Shown here piece by piece: positions 16,163 to 27,276 of a stretch of 33,017 nt of DNA (its first letter is position 1; each line of letters opens with the position of its first letter). The notes below the pieces were generated by a model. That model had not been told where the DNA came from, did not search any database, and was given only the letters and a program-made list of their open reading frames with translations. This DNA is from Chloroflexota bacterium. GTDB lineage: Bacteria > Chloroflexota > Limnocylindria > Limnocylindrales > CSP1-4. The stretch lies in contig PMXR01000027.1 of assembly GCA_003171035.1 (NCBI GenBank), positions 41,040-74,056 on the forward strand, written 5' to 3'. Made by a program: the position numbers and the translations under genes.

Positions 16163-18571
16163 ATGGGAGTTGCGCCAATGACGGCTCGGATCGAGGAGCT
16201 TTCGGCTAAGACGGTACGGCCGGGACCGTCGAGTCGTCCGCCGAAAGCGTCCGTTCGCGAGGCGGCCTGGGGCTTCCTCTTCATCAGCCCCTGGATCGTC
16301 GGTCTGGTGCTGCTGACCGCGATCCCGATCATCGCCTCTCTGCTGCTGTCGTTCACGAACTACGACATCCTCCATCCGGAGCTGATCCGCTGGGTTGGAC
16401 TGGACAACTACGCCTGGGCCGCGTCCGACCCGGCCACGTCGAGTGCGGCGTGGTTCACGCTCAAGTTCGCGTTGGTGAGCGTGCCGTTGGGGATGGCAAC
16501 GGCGCTTGGGATCGCGATCCTCGTCAATCATCGGCTCCTCGTCGGGAAGAGAGTGTTTCGGACGCTCTTCTTCCTGCCCGTCCAGATCCCGGTCGTGGCG
16601 AGCGTCTTCATGTGGCTCGGCTTCGTCACGGGCGCCCGCGGCATGCCGATTACCTGGCTGCAGGACACCTCCACGAGCATCGCCCAGACGCTCAGCAGCC
16701 TTCCGGTGTTCAGCACTTTGGCCACCGTCTATCCGACGGGCTGGTTCACCGACAGGAGCTGGATACTGCCCTGGCTGATCCTGATGAGCGTCTGGGGCAT
16801 CGGCAACATGACGCTGATCTTCCTGGCCGGGTTGCAGGCGATCCCAAGCGTGCTGTATGACGCCGCCGCGGTGGATGGCGCCGGAGCATGGCGAACCTTC
16901 CGCACCGTGACCCTGCCGATGATCTCGCCGATGGTCTTCTACAGCCTCATCCTGAGCATCATCGGGGTTGCGGGGTACTTCACGCAGGCCTACTTGTGGA
17001 GCACAAATTCGCGGGGACGCGGCCGAATCGACGTGTGGAACCTCAACCTCTACACCACCGGTTGGGACTTCAATGCCATGGGCAAGGCATGCGCTCTGGC
17101 CTGGATCTTGTTCGTGGTGGTCATCGCCATCTCGGTGCTTCTCTTTTGGACCGCGAAACACTGGGTCTACTACGCCGGAGCCGATGCAACCAGCTCGAAG
17201 GCGACCACGCTCGAGGCCGAGGCCGCGCCTTCAGAGCCTGGGCCTGCGCCGGCCGGTGTCCCAATCGAGCCGGCGAGTGCGCTCGAGATCGAGGGCGCGC
17301 TTTCCGAGCCTGAGTCTGTGCCGGTGGTCGCAATTCGTCCTGCGACCGCGCTCGAGACCGAGCCTGCGGCCGTGATCGCCGCACTCTCGCCGAGATCGGA
17401 CAGGCCACGTCCCAAACTCATGCGGTTCATCGGCAAGCTGACATCCCGAACCGCGTTCACGGTAGTGACCGCAGTGCTGTGCGTGATGTTCCTGCTGCCA
17501 TTCCTGTACGCGCTTTCCGGGGCGTTCGGCGCGCCGGGCTCGGGGCGCGGCGCACCCGTTTACCCGGCTGTGGCACGCATGTACACGTGTACCGATTCGC
17601 AGCTGTGCACCTACCGGCCCCTCGCACGCGACCGAGTCAGCGGCAAGTTCACTCCGAGTGGAACGCCGGTCGACGTCTCGAAGCAGCCGGACCCCACGCT
17701 GCCGGTATTTGTGGTGCCCGGGTACGGCAACCTTGCGCTGCTGGAGGACCTTTCGGCCTATAACCAGCCCAGCGTCTTCATCGACCCGGCCGCGAACGAG
17801 CAGGTCGACCTCTCCATCAACCCGAGCAGGCTGAGCCGCGTTTGGGACTTCCACATCTCGCTCGACAACTTCGCGACCGCGATCGACTGGGCCGGAGTAA
17901 TCACCAAGACCGGGCCCGGAGGGCTGGCCACCTGGCTGCTCAACTCCATGATCATCGCCGGCTTCTCCACCATCGGAGCGGTTCTATCGTGCGTGCTGAT
18001 CGCGTACGGGTTCGCTCGGTTCAGGTTCCCCGGCCGCGACGTACTGTTCCTGGTCCTCATCGGTTCGGTTCTCATCCCGTATCCGGTGTTGCTGATTCCC
18101 CAGTTCATCCTGTACCGAGCGCTGGGATTAACCTCCGGCTTCCTGCCGCTCATCGTGCCAAACTTCTTCGGCAACGCGCTCTACATCTTCCTGTTGCGGC
18201 AGTTCTTCATGGCCCTTCCACGGGATCTTGACGAGGCGGCCATGGTCGACGGGGCCGGCCCGCTGCGCATACTGAGATCGGTAATCGTTCCGCAGGCGCT
18301 TCCGGCGATCATCGCGGTCGCACTGTTCCAGTTCTTCTTCTCGTGGGGAGACTTCTTCGGTCCTTTGGTCTACTTGAGCGGCAATGCCGACCGATACCCG
18401 GTGTCGCTGGGCGTGAACTACTTCACGTTCGCTCTCCAACAGGGCGGCACGAACGGACCCGGCGTCCTATTGGCGGGTTCGTTCATCGTCCTGATAGTGC
18501 CCGTGGCGATCTTCTTTGTAGCGCAGCGATTCTTCATGCGCGGCATCGTGGTCACGGGTGTCGAGAAGTAG
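16163..18571 (+). CDS. Fused carbohydrate ABC transporter permease (MalF-like plus MalG-like in one ORF)
   Basis: Two EAA-type loops (YDAAAVDGAG..FRTVTLP and LDEAAMVDGAG..LRSVIVP) and two TM blocks joined by a P/A/E-rich linker; single 802-aa frame. Confidence 0.88.
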   Translation: MGVAPMTARIEELSAKTVRPGPSSRPPKASVREAAWGFLFISPWIVGLVLLTAIPIIASLLLSFTNYDILHPELIRWVGLDNYAWAASDPATSSAAWFTLKFALVSVPLGMATALGIAILVNHRLLVGKRVFRTLFFLPVQIPVVASVFMWLGFVTGARGMPITWLQDTSTSIAQTLSSLPVFSTLATVYPTGWFTDRSWILPWLILMSVWGIGNMTLIFLAGLQAIPSVLYDAAAVDGAGAWRTFRTVTLPMISPMVFYSLILSIIGVAGYFTQAYLWSTNSRGRGRIDVWNLNLYTTGWDFNAMGKACALAWILFVVVIAISVLLFWTAKHWVYYAGADATSSKATTLEAEAAPSEPGPAPAGVPIEPASALEIEGALSEPESVPVVAIRPATALETEPAAVIAALSPRSDRPRPKLMRFIGKLTSRTAFTVVTAVLCVMFLLPFLYALSGAFGAPGSGRGAPVYPAVARMYTCTDSQLCTYRPLARDRVSGKFTPSGTPVDVSKQPDPTLPVFVVPGYGNLALLEDLSAYNQPSVFIDPAANEQVDLSINPSRLSRVWDFHISLDNFATAIDWAGVITKTGPGGLATWLLNSMIIAGFSTIGAVLSCVLIAYGFARFRFPGRDVLFLVLIGSVLIPYPVLLIPQFILYRALGLTSGFLPLIVPNFFGNALYIFLLRQFFMALPRDLDEAAMVDGAGPLRILRSVIVPQALPAIIAVALFQFFFSWGDFFGPLVYLSGNADRYPVSLGVNYFTFALQQGGTNGPGVLLAGSFIVLIVPVAIFFVAQRFFMRGIVVTGVEK
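17201..17369 (+). repeat. Degenerate tandem repeat (about 70 nt, about 2.4 copies) forming the permease linker
   Basis: ATTLEAEAAPSEP.., ASALEIEGALSEP.. and ATALETEP; DNA GCGAnnnCGCTCGAGnnCGAG recurs three times. Confidence 0.7.
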
Positions 18572-18769
18572 CTCCTTGGCCGAGTCGTGGGTCATGGCCC
18601 AAGCCGGAGTGGCAATGACCGCTCCCGACCGGGCTCTCCCATGCGCGACGCATTTGTTCGAGCCACTGAGGCCATAACCACCACCAGGGCAGGGTTATGC
18701 CGATCCCTGTCAGGATCCAGAGCCTGTAACCGCCCTGACTTTGATGGAGTCTCAAGCTCCGAGTTGATC

Positions 18770-18778
18770 TGCTACACT
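18770..18778 (+). promoter_or_regulatory. Extended -10 box (TGcTACACT) for a probable leaderless oppC transcript
   Basis: TACACT at 18773-18778 lies 7 nt before the ATG at 18786, with no SD sequence in between. Confidence 0.55.
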
Positions 18779-18785
18779 CCAACCA

Positions 18786-19715
18786 ATGGTCGGCCGAAGC
18801 CTTCGTCAAATCATCTGGGCGCGTCTCCGGCGGGACCGGGTCGCGATGATTTGCCTCATCATCCTGATCGTGTTCTACCTGGTCGGGATCTTCGGCCCCG
18901 TGGTCGCCGGCATGTTCGGCATATCGCCTTACACTTTCGACTCTAACGCGATCAGCGACCTGGGCGGAAAGCCGTACGGCGCCTTCGGCGGGATCAGCCT
19001 GGCGCATCCGCTGGGCGTCGAGTGGGGTACCGGCCGCGACATCTTCGCCCAGCTGCTGTTCGGCCTGCGGATCTCGCTCATCATCTCGACGACCGCGACG
19101 CTGCTGACCGTGACCATCGGGGTGCTGATCGGCATCATCGCCGGCTACGCCGGGGGCATAACGGACAGCCTGCTCGGCCGCCTGATGGACCTGATCCTCG
19201 CATTCCCGTTCCTGCTGATCGTGCTGGCACTGTCCGGTGTCCTCACCCAGCGGCTGACGGATCTGGGGGTGCCGGAGGGCAACGTGTCCCGGGTGCTCTA
19301 CCTTATCCTCGTGATGAGCGTCTTCGGCTGGCCGTATCTCGCCCGCATCGTGCGAGGCCAGGTCCTGAGTCTCCGCGAGCGCGAGTTCGTGGAAGCCGCG
19401 GTGTCCATGGGGGCCAGCCGGCGGCGGATCCTGTTCACTGAGATCCTGCCCAACCTGTGGGCGCCCATCCTGGTCTATGCGACGCTGACGCTGCCGAGCT
19501 ACATTGGGCTGGAGGCGGCCCTCTCGTTCCTCAACGTCGGCGTGCTCCCGCCCGACACGACATTCGGCGCGATGCTCGCCAATTCGGTGACCTACTTCAA
19601 CGTGGTCCCGACGTACCTGTTCATCCCGGGCACGGTGCTCGTCATCCTGGTTGTGTCGTTCAACCTGTTCGGCGACTCGCTCCGGGATGCCCTGGATCCA
19701 AAAGGGGGCCACTAA
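18786..19715 (+). CDS. oppC: Oligopeptide ABC transporter permease, OppC/DppC (BldKA-like)
   Basis: HPLGVEWGTGRD, LMDLILAFPFL, REREFVEAA and FNLFGDSLRDALDPK motifs. Confidence 0.9.
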   Translation: MVGRSLRQIIWARLRRDRVAMICLIILIVFYLVGIFGPVVAGMFGISPYTFDSNAISDLGGKPYGAFGGISLAHPLGVEWGTGRDIFAQLLFGLRISLIISTTATLLTVTIGVLIGIIAGYAGGITDSLLGRLMDLILAFPFLLIVLALSGVLTQRLTDLGVPEGNVSRVLYLILVMSVFGWPYLARIVRGQVLSLREREFVEAAVSMGASRRRILFTEILPNLWAPILVYATLTLPSYIGLEAALSFLNVGVLPPDTTFGAMLANSVTYFNVVPTYLFIPGTVLVILVVSFNLFGDSLRDALDPKGGH

Positions 19716-19833
19716 AGCGGTTGGCCGACATGCCGGTGGGTCGGGATCGCCCCAGGTCCTCCATGACTCCTTCTGCTCGCGCGTGTACTATCGAGTGATG
19801 CCGGGTTATCCGGCGCCCTTGGAGGAACTGAGA

Positions 19834-21648
19834 ATGGAAAGAAGAATGGACAAGGGGTGGTTGCGCGCCTTGGCGCTCGGCGCCGTTGCGGCGCTGGCGC
19901 TCAGCGCCTGCAGCAGTAGCACGCCAACCGCCTCACAAGCCCCGGGGTCCACGACCCAGCCGACCACCGCCCCGACCGCGGGCCCGAAGGCCGGCGGCAC
20001 AGTCTATCTCCTGACCCAGGCCGACCAGTTTGACCAGGTCGACCCACAGCGCTCCTACACCGGAGAGGACCTCGCGTTCTTCTCGTCCACGATCTACCGG
20101 TCGCTCGAGGCGTACACGTACTCGCCGGACAACCCAACGGCATCGAAGCTGACGCCGGACCTGGCGACCGACCTCGGCACGTCCACGGACGGCGCCAAGA
20201 CCTGGAGCTTCACGCTCCGCGATGGCGTCACCTTCCAGGACGGCTCGCCGATCACGTGCGCCGACATCGCCTATGGAGTCTCGCGCACGTTCGCGACCGA
20301 CGTCATCAACCAGGGTCCGACCTACGCGATCCAGGACCTCAACATCCCGCAGGACGCTAAGGGCAACTCGCAATACCCGGGCCCGTACAAGGCCACCGCG
20401 GCCCAGCAGGCCCTGTTCGACGCGGCCGTCACCTGCTCCGCCGACGGCAAGACGATCACGTTCCACCTGAGCAAGCCGGTCGCGGACTTCAACTACACCG
20501 TGACGCTCGGCTTCTCGCCGGTTCCCAAGGCCGCTGACACGGGCGAGTCCTACGGTGTCGCCAAGCCGCCGATGGCCTCCGGCCCGTACGAGGTCCAGAG
20601 CTACACGACCGGCAAGGGCGGCAAGATGATCCTCGTCAGGAACCCCAATTGGAGTCAGGCGAGCGACCCGTACCGCCATCCTTATCCCGATCAGTGGGAG
20701 GTCGACTTCGGCCTCGACCCCCAGGTTATTGACCAGCGGCTGATCCAGAGCACGGGCACCGACCAGACTGCCATCTCGTACGCCGGGATGCAGCCCCAGA
20801 ACCTGGCCACCGTGTTCACCGACCCCACGACGACGCTCCCCGCCTTCGCCGGCCGCGCCGTCAGCGCCTATGACATCTACACCCGGTACCTGTGGATCAA
20901 CGTCCAGAAGGTTCCGAACCTGCTGATCCGCGAGGCCATGGCGGCCGCGCTCGACCGAAGCGCCATGAAGAAGAACCTCGGTGGTGACTTCTACGGCGAC
21001 TATGCCGACGGGGCGGTCAAGCCGAACATCGGCGCGGACTACGCCCCGACGGGGCTGTGGACGACCTTGCTCGGCGAGGCGATCCCGGACACGGGTGACC
21101 CGGCGTACGCAAAGACGCTGATCGCCAAGTCGGGTGTGGCTGCGCCGACGATCACCTACAACTATCCGGACACCCCCGTGCGGGGCAAGGAGGCCGCGAT
21201 CATCCAGGCCTCGCTCCAGGCGGCCGGGTTCAAGGTGACGCTGGCGCCGCTCCCGTCCGGGTCGTACTACAGCACCGTCTTCGATCCCACGAAGGCGGGC
21301 GACCTCGGCTACGGTGGCTGGGGAGCTGACTGGCCGAATGCCTCGACAGTCGTCCCGGATCTGTTCACCCAGGCGGGCGGATGGGACCTGTCGCAGGTCG
21401 ATGACTCAGCCTTCAACGCCGAGGTCCAAGCTGCAGCCGCCGAGACCGACCGCGCGAAGCAGTCGACCGACTGGCAGGCCCTCAACACCGAAACCATGAA
21501 GAACGTCTGGCTCATCCCGACTTTCTTCGGGCTCTCGCAGGACCTGGTAGGAACCAAGCTGGCCACGGTCGCCGGCGCCAACGGCGCCCTGTACCTGTGG
21601 GGACCCTACGGCTCGAAGCCGTACGGCGACTTCTACGTCAAGCAGTAA
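19834..21648 (+). CDS. oppA: Oligopeptide ABC transporter substrate-binding lipoprotein (family 5, BldKB-like)
   Basis: GGAGG RBS; lipobox LSAC; PDLA..WSFTLRDGVTFQDGSPIT, SGPY and WGADWP motifs. Confidence 0.9.
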   Translation: MERRMDKGWLRALALGAVAALALSACSSSTPTASQAPGSTTQPTTAPTAGPKAGGTVYLLTQADQFDQVDPQRSYTGEDLAFFSSTIYRSLEAYTYSPDNPTASKLTPDLATDLGTSTDGAKTWSFTLRDGVTFQDGSPITCADIAYGVSRTFATDVINQGPTYAIQDLNIPQDAKGNSQYPGPYKATAAQQALFDAAVTCSADGKTITFHLSKPVADFNYTVTLGFSPVPKAADTGESYGVAKPPMASGPYEVQSYTTGKGGKMILVRNPNWSQASDPYRHPYPDQWEVDFGLDPQVIDQRLIQSTGTDQTAISYAGMQPQNLATVFTDPTTTLPAFAGRAVSAYDIYTRYLWINVQKVPNLLIREAMAAALDRSAMKKNLGGDFYGDYADGAVKPNIGADYAPTGLWTTLLGEAIPDTGDPAYAKTLIAKSGVAAPTITYNYPDTPVRGKEAAIIQASLQAAGFKVTLAPLPSGSYYSTVFDPTKAGDLGYGGWGADWPNASTVVPDLFTQAGGWDLSQVDDSAFNAEVQAAAAETDRAKQSTDWQALNTETMKNVWLIPTFFGLSQDLVGTKLATVAGANGALYLWGPYGSKPYGDFYVKQ

Positions 21649-21684
21649 CCGCTACGCCTGGTCGTAGCTAGAGCCTCAACCCAA

Positions 21685-21723
21685 GCGCCCCCGGCGAGCG
21701 GCATCGCCTCTCACCGGGGGCGC
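21685..21723 (+). terminator. GC-rich intercistronic stem-loop after the SBP gene (mRNA stabiliser or attenuator)
   Basis: GCGCCCCCGG (21685-21694) pairs with CCGGGGGCGC (21714-21723), with additional inner pairing; no U-tract. Confidence 0.6.
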
Positions 21724-21753
21724 AACTATCCGGACCAAGGAAGGGCAAGCTCC

Positions 21754-22742
21754 GTGGCCGCATACGTGGTTCGTCGGGTGGTCATGATGGTCGGGCTCCT
21801 GTTCGTCCTGACCGTCGCGGTCTTCTTCCTGTTCACGCTCCTGCCGGGCGACCCGGCCCGGCTCACCTGCGGCAAGGCGTGCAGTCCCCAGATCATCGAG
21901 GCCAACCGGCATCGCCTGGGCTACGACCAGCCGATCCTGACCCAGTACGAGGAGTTCCTGTCGGGGCTGGTCGTCGGGCGCACGTACTCCGCCGACTCCC
22001 CTGATCCCATCGTGTGCAACGCCCCGTGCCTCGGTTACTCGTTCACCCGCCACGAGCAGGTGCTGACGCTGATCACGGCGGCCGCCCCGACGACCTTCTG
22101 GCTCGCAACTGGGGCGTTCATCATGTGGATCTCAGCCGGGATCTCGCTGGGCATCTTTGCCGCGCTCAACCACGGTCGCTGGCCAGACCGGCTCGTCATG
22201 GGCATCTCGCTGGTCGGCTACTCGCTGCCGTCGTTCTTCATCGGCCTCGTTCTGATCTTCTTCGTCATCCTCAAGTTAAACTGGCTGCCGTTTCCCGCGT
22301 ACGTTTCGCCGTTCGACAACCCATTCCAGTTCCTGCAGACGATGATCCTCCCCTGGATCGTCCTCGCGGTCCTGAACACGGCCTTTTACATGCGCCTGAC
22401 TCGCAACCAGGTACTCGAGACGTTCAACGAGGATTTCGTGCGGACCGCCCGCGCCAAGGGCCTTCCTGAGAGGACGGTCGTCATCAAGCACGCCCTCCGG
22501 GCGGGCCTGACGCCCCTCGTGACGGCCGCCGGGATGGACCTCGCCGCCCTCCTTGGCGGGGCGATCATCACCGAGAGCATCTTCAGCCTGCCGGGGCTCG
22601 GCGCGCTCGCGGTGAGCTCGGTCCTCGAGTCCGACCTGCCCCTGATCACTGGGATCACGCTCGTCACGTCGGCGATCATCATCGTGGCGAACCTGGTGGT
22701 CGACCTGTTGTACGCGGTGATCGACCCGCGCGTGAGGCTGGC

Positions 22743-22746
<4 letters not shown>
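21754..22746 (+). CDS. oppB: Oligopeptide ABC transporter permease, OppB/DppB (BldKC-like)
   Basis: PGDPA, CGKAC, EDFVRTARAKGL, KHALR and NLVVDLLYAVIDPRVR motifs. Confidence 0.9.
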
Positions 22747-23794
<1,048 letters not shown>

Positions 23795-23798
<4 letters not shown>

Positions 23799-24967
23799 TG
23801 ACGACCGAGACGGGCGAGATCCTTCGCGTCAGCGATCTCCGGACCTATTTTCCGGTCCGGTCCCATGCACTGATCCCGCGTGTCATCGGCCAGGTGAAGG
23901 CCGTTGACGGCGTCAGCTTCCAGGTCGGGTCCGCGGAGACGTTGGGCCTTGTCGGCGAGAGTGGGTCCGGCAAAACGACGGTTGCGAGGTCGGTGCTGAT
24001 GCTGGTCCGCCCCACCAGCGGCCAGATCGTCATCGATGGCCAGGAGATCACCCACCTCTCCCCGAAGGCACTGATGCCGATGCGCCGCAAGGCGCAGATG
24101 ATCTTCCAGGATCCGTACAACGCCCTCAACCCGCGCCATACCGTCGGGGGGATCATCGGCGCGCCGTACCGTATCCAGGGGATCGAACCACCCGGCGGTG
24201 TAAGGGCCGCGGTCCAGGCGCTCATGGAGCGGGTGGGCCTGAACCCGGAGCATTACAACCGGTACCCGAATGAGTTCTCCGGCGGGCAGCGCCAGCGGAT
24301 CGGGATCGCCCGGGCGATCGCGCTGCGGCCCAAGCTGATCGTATGCGACGAGCCGGTCTCCGCCCTCGACGTGTCGATCCAGGCCCAGATCATCAACCTC
24401 CTGCGCGACCTGCAACAGGAGTTCGGTCTCTCCTATCTGTTCGTCGCCCATGATCTCGCGGTGGTCCGCCAGATCTCGCACCGCGTCGCGGTCATGTACC
24501 TGGGCCACCTGATGGAGATGGCGCCTCGAGAGACTATCTACGCCGCGCCGCTCCACCCGTACACCCACTCGCTGCTATCGGCCGTGCCGATCCCGGACCC
24601 CAAGTTGCAGAAGGAGCGGTCCCGGATCATGCTCGAAGGTGACCTGCCGAGCCCGATCAACCCGCCCAGCGGCTGTGTGTTCCGCACTCGCTGCTTCCAG
24701 GCCCAGGAGCGCTGCAGCGTCGAGGTGCCGCCGCTCATCGAGGTGGCACCAGGTCATCAGGTCGCCTGCCACTTCCCGGTCGCGACCCTGCCTGCCGGCA
24801 TCGAGACAGCGCTAGCGACGTTGGAGAATCAGCCCGGCGTTCCGGTTCGTCGGCCCCAACCCGCCGGCGATCAAGTGAGTTCGGCGCAACTAGATCGTCT
24901 TCCGGCCGATGGCCGACCCGACTCCACGCCCGTCCGCCCTAAAGTCAGGGTCGGTCGATCTCGTTGA
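23795..24967 (+). CDS. oppF: Oligopeptide ABC transporter ATP-binding protein OppF
   Basis: GESGSGKT, FSGGQRQR, CDEPVSALDVS and GCVFRTRC...ACHF motifs. Confidence 0.92.
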
Positions 24968-25154
24968 ATCCCTCGACCCGGCGGCTGTCGGCTCCCTGAC
25001 CGCCTCGTCCGGTTTCCGGTTTTCAAGTGGCGGGAACTCGTGCCAGGTCGCCCAGCTGTTCATGAGCAACTCATGTACCGCGGCCCGCGGCTCGTCTCAC
25101 GGCGTGCGCGTCGGCCCGGCGATCCGCCGGAATGGCGGAGAGGAGGTACGGGTC

Positions 25155-26099
25155 GTGACTTACTCCATCGTCGCGCGCGACAGGACGACCGGTGATCTCG
25201 GCGTCGCGGTTCAGTCCAAGTTTCTGGCCGTCGGATCCGTCGTCCCATGGGCGCGCGCCGGCGTCGGGGCTATCGCAACCCAGTCGTATGCCAACGTCGG
25301 GTTCGGCCCCGACGGCCTGGCGCTCCTTGCCGGCGGGGCGACTGCGACGGGCGCGCTCGCGACGCTCGTCGAGGCGGATCGCCTCCCGGAGCAACGCCAG
25401 GTCGGCATCGTGGACGCCCACGGAGCGTCGGCCACCTACACCGGACGCTCATGCTTCGCCTGGGCCGGTGGGCGAACCGGCAGCGACTATGCCGCCCAGG
25501 GCAACATCCTCGCCGGACCGGCGGTTGTGGACGGGCTGGCAGATACGTTCGAGGCCGGGGGTCTCCCGTTCCCGGAGCTGCTGGTCGCCTGCCTGGGGGC
25601 AGCCGATGCCGCGGGCGGCGATCGACGCGGCCGTCAGTCGGCGGCGCTCCTCGTCGTCCGCGAGGGCGGCGGGTACGGCGGTGGCAACGATCGGTGGATC
25701 GACCTCCGGGTGGACGACCACGCCGACCCGGTCGCCGAGCTGGCCCGGCTCCTCGATCTCACGCACCTCTACATGGACCGGCCTACGCCGGCCGAGCTCA
25801 TCGCCCTGGATACCGCGCTTGCCGGCGAGCTCCGCGACCACCTCGGACGCCTTGGATGGGATCCCGCGACCGGCGGCAGCCCGGTCTTCGCCCCGATGTG
25901 GCCCGACGAGGCCGAGTCCGAGCAGGAGAGGCCCTCCGTTGGCGATCCGCAGCCCCTGCCGGACGGCTGGGGCCCCGCCTGGCAGGACCGCTTCCTGGCC
26001 TGGATGGCCGTCGAGAACCTCGAGGAGCGCACCGCTGCCGCGGGGTGGATCGATCCGAAGGTGCTGGCGTACCTCCGCGACGCGGCGTTGAAGCGGTAG
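25155..26099 (+). CDS. DUF1028-family (Ntn-hydrolase-like) protein with a C-terminal putative peptidoglycan-binding domain
   Basis: AGGAGG RBS then GTG-TYSIVARD...GVAVQSKFLAVG; QGNIL, GGDRRGRQSAAL, DLRVDDH; C-terminal ENLEER...IDP.VL. Confidence 0.87.
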   Translation: MTYSIVARDRTTGDLGVAVQSKFLAVGSVVPWARAGVGAIATQSYANVGFGPDGLALLAGGATATGALATLVEADRLPEQRQVGIVDAHGASATYTGRSCFAWAGGRTGSDYAAQGNILAGPAVVDGLADTFEAGGLPFPELLVACLGAADAAGGDRRGRQSAALLVVREGGGYGGGNDRWIDLRVDDHADPVAELARLLDLTHLYMDRPTPAELIALDTALAGELRDHLGRLGWDPATGGSPVFAPMWPDEAESEQERPSVGDPQPLPDGWGPAWQDRFLAWMAVENLEERTAAAGWIDPKVLAYLRDAALKR

Positions 26100-26123
26100 A
26101 CGGCCGGAGCTTGCCGCAGCCGG

Positions 26124-26451
26124 CTACTGCCCCTTGAACATCCCGTCTGCCAGCACCGGGACGAGATCCGTCACGTCGAGCCGGGCGGCGATTGCCACGT
26201 CGTCGCTGAAGCCGCGGTCGACCAGCTCGCGGCCCGACGCCGAGCCCGTCAGCGCGACCGACCCAGTACGGGATCACGGCCGCACCTCGCTCGACCGCCA
26301 CCGATACAGCCGTCGAGAATGACAGCACGTCGACGACGATCACCAGGTTGGCCTCACCGGCCAGGAGCTGGACGCCGGCCCGCCCCCAGTCCATCCGCGC
26401 GCGATAGCCGTGCTGCCGGTGGCTCGGGTCAGGATCCGTGCCGGGATTCAC
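26124..26451 (-). pseudogene. 2-phosphosulfolactate phosphatase (ComB)-family gene with a large internal deletion and frameshift
   Basis: N-terminal MDWG...VIVVDVLSFSTAVSVAVERGA.V.PY is joined out of frame at about 26262 to the family C-terminus SASGRELVDRGFSDDVAIAARLD...VPVL..G.F; only 328 nt remain. Confidence 0.78.
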
Positions 26452-26583
26452 CGGCCCAGCACACTCCGGCGATCGGCGACAACCGGGCGATGCCGAAGCC
26501 GCGGGAGTCGTCGCGCATCGCCTCTGGAAGGCGCCAAAGACGGGCACAAGGATCAGGTCACGCGGGGCGCCGTGCCCCTGCTG

Positions 26584-26608
26584 GTGTCGACCCCCTCGGG
26601 GTCGACAC
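26584..26608. terminator. Perfect 11-bp hairpin just downstream of marR
   Basis: GTGTCGACCCC-CTC-GGGGTCGACAC, 6 nt past the marR stop; no U-tract. Confidence 0.6.
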
Positions 26609-26614
26609 GGTGAA

Positions 26615-27127
26615 CTACGCCGTGTGGCCCTTTTCGGGGAATGCCCGCATCAGGCGGCGCAGGAGGCGGTAGAGCTCCTCGCGCTCGGCCGGGTCGAGGA
26701 CCGCGGCGATCGTCGCCTCCCGCCTCGCCTGGGTCCCGGCCGTCCTGTCCCACGTCGCGTTGCCTTGCTCGGTGGGCTCGATCAGGGTGCCGCGCCGGTC
26801 GTTGGGGTCCGGCAGACGGCGAATCAAGCCTGCGGCCTCAGTGCGGTCGAGGCGGTTGGTCATGGCGCCGCTCGACAGGCGCATATCCGTCGCGAGCTGG
26901 CCCGGCGTCCGCCGGTACGGCGCTCCGTGCTTCCGCAGAAACATGATCACGTGATATGAGTGGCGGTCGAGGCCGTACTGGGCCAGGGTCTCGTCCAGCG
27001 ACCGGTCGAGCGCCTTGGCCAGGATCTGAATTCGCTCGACGATCCCCTCCGTGAGCGGATTGAGTTCCGGGATCTCGCGGGCCCAAACGTGGAGTGAGTC
27101 GTCCAGCTTGTCGTGCTCTTCGTCCAT
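26615..27127 (-). CDS. MarR-family transcriptional regulator
   Basis: TPGQLA...SSGAMTNRLDR.E.AGLIRR.PDPNDRRG winged-helix signature. Confidence 0.92.
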   Translation of the reverse strand: MDEEHDKLDDSLHVWAREIPELNPLTEGIVERIQILAKALDRSLDETLAQYGLDRHSYHVIMFLRKHGAPYRRTPGQLATDMRLSSGAMTNRLDRTEAAGLIRRLPDPNDRRGTLIEPTEQGNATWDRTAGTQARREATIAAVLDPAEREELYRLLRRLMRAFPEKGHTA

Positions 27128-27133
27128 GCGGCC

Positions 27134-27240
27134 AGTATCGCTTCTTCCGACATCATGTCAAGACTCTTATTCTAATACATCTTGACATGAAGACAGTCTC
27201 CTGCTACCGTGACCTAAACACTTCGAGATCAAGACTCTTA
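27134..27240. promoter_or_regulatory. Divergent sigma70-type promoters overlapped by probable MarR operators
   Basis: AT-rich segment. Plus strand: TTGACA(27182)-N17-TACCGT. Minus strand: TTGACA(27161)-N16-GATACT, 6 nt before the marR ATG. Inverted TCATGTCAAGA/TCTTGACATGA and direct TCAAGACTCTTA twice (27158 and 27229). Confidence 0.72.
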
Positions 27241-27276
27241 GGGTCGGATCACTTCACTTGAAGCGGGGCAGTACGG

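Noticed and set aside
18744-18785. Upstream in-frame ATG with an internal TGA before oppC (recoding or selenocysteine?)
   Set aside because: A permease N-tail has no Sec context, and the -10 box 7 nt before ATG 18786 explains the start more simply.
24909-25154. 82-aa N-terminal extension of DUF1028 in the ORF track
   Set aside because: It overlaps oppF; the AGGAGG RBS and the family N-terminus (TYSIVARD) place the start at 25155.
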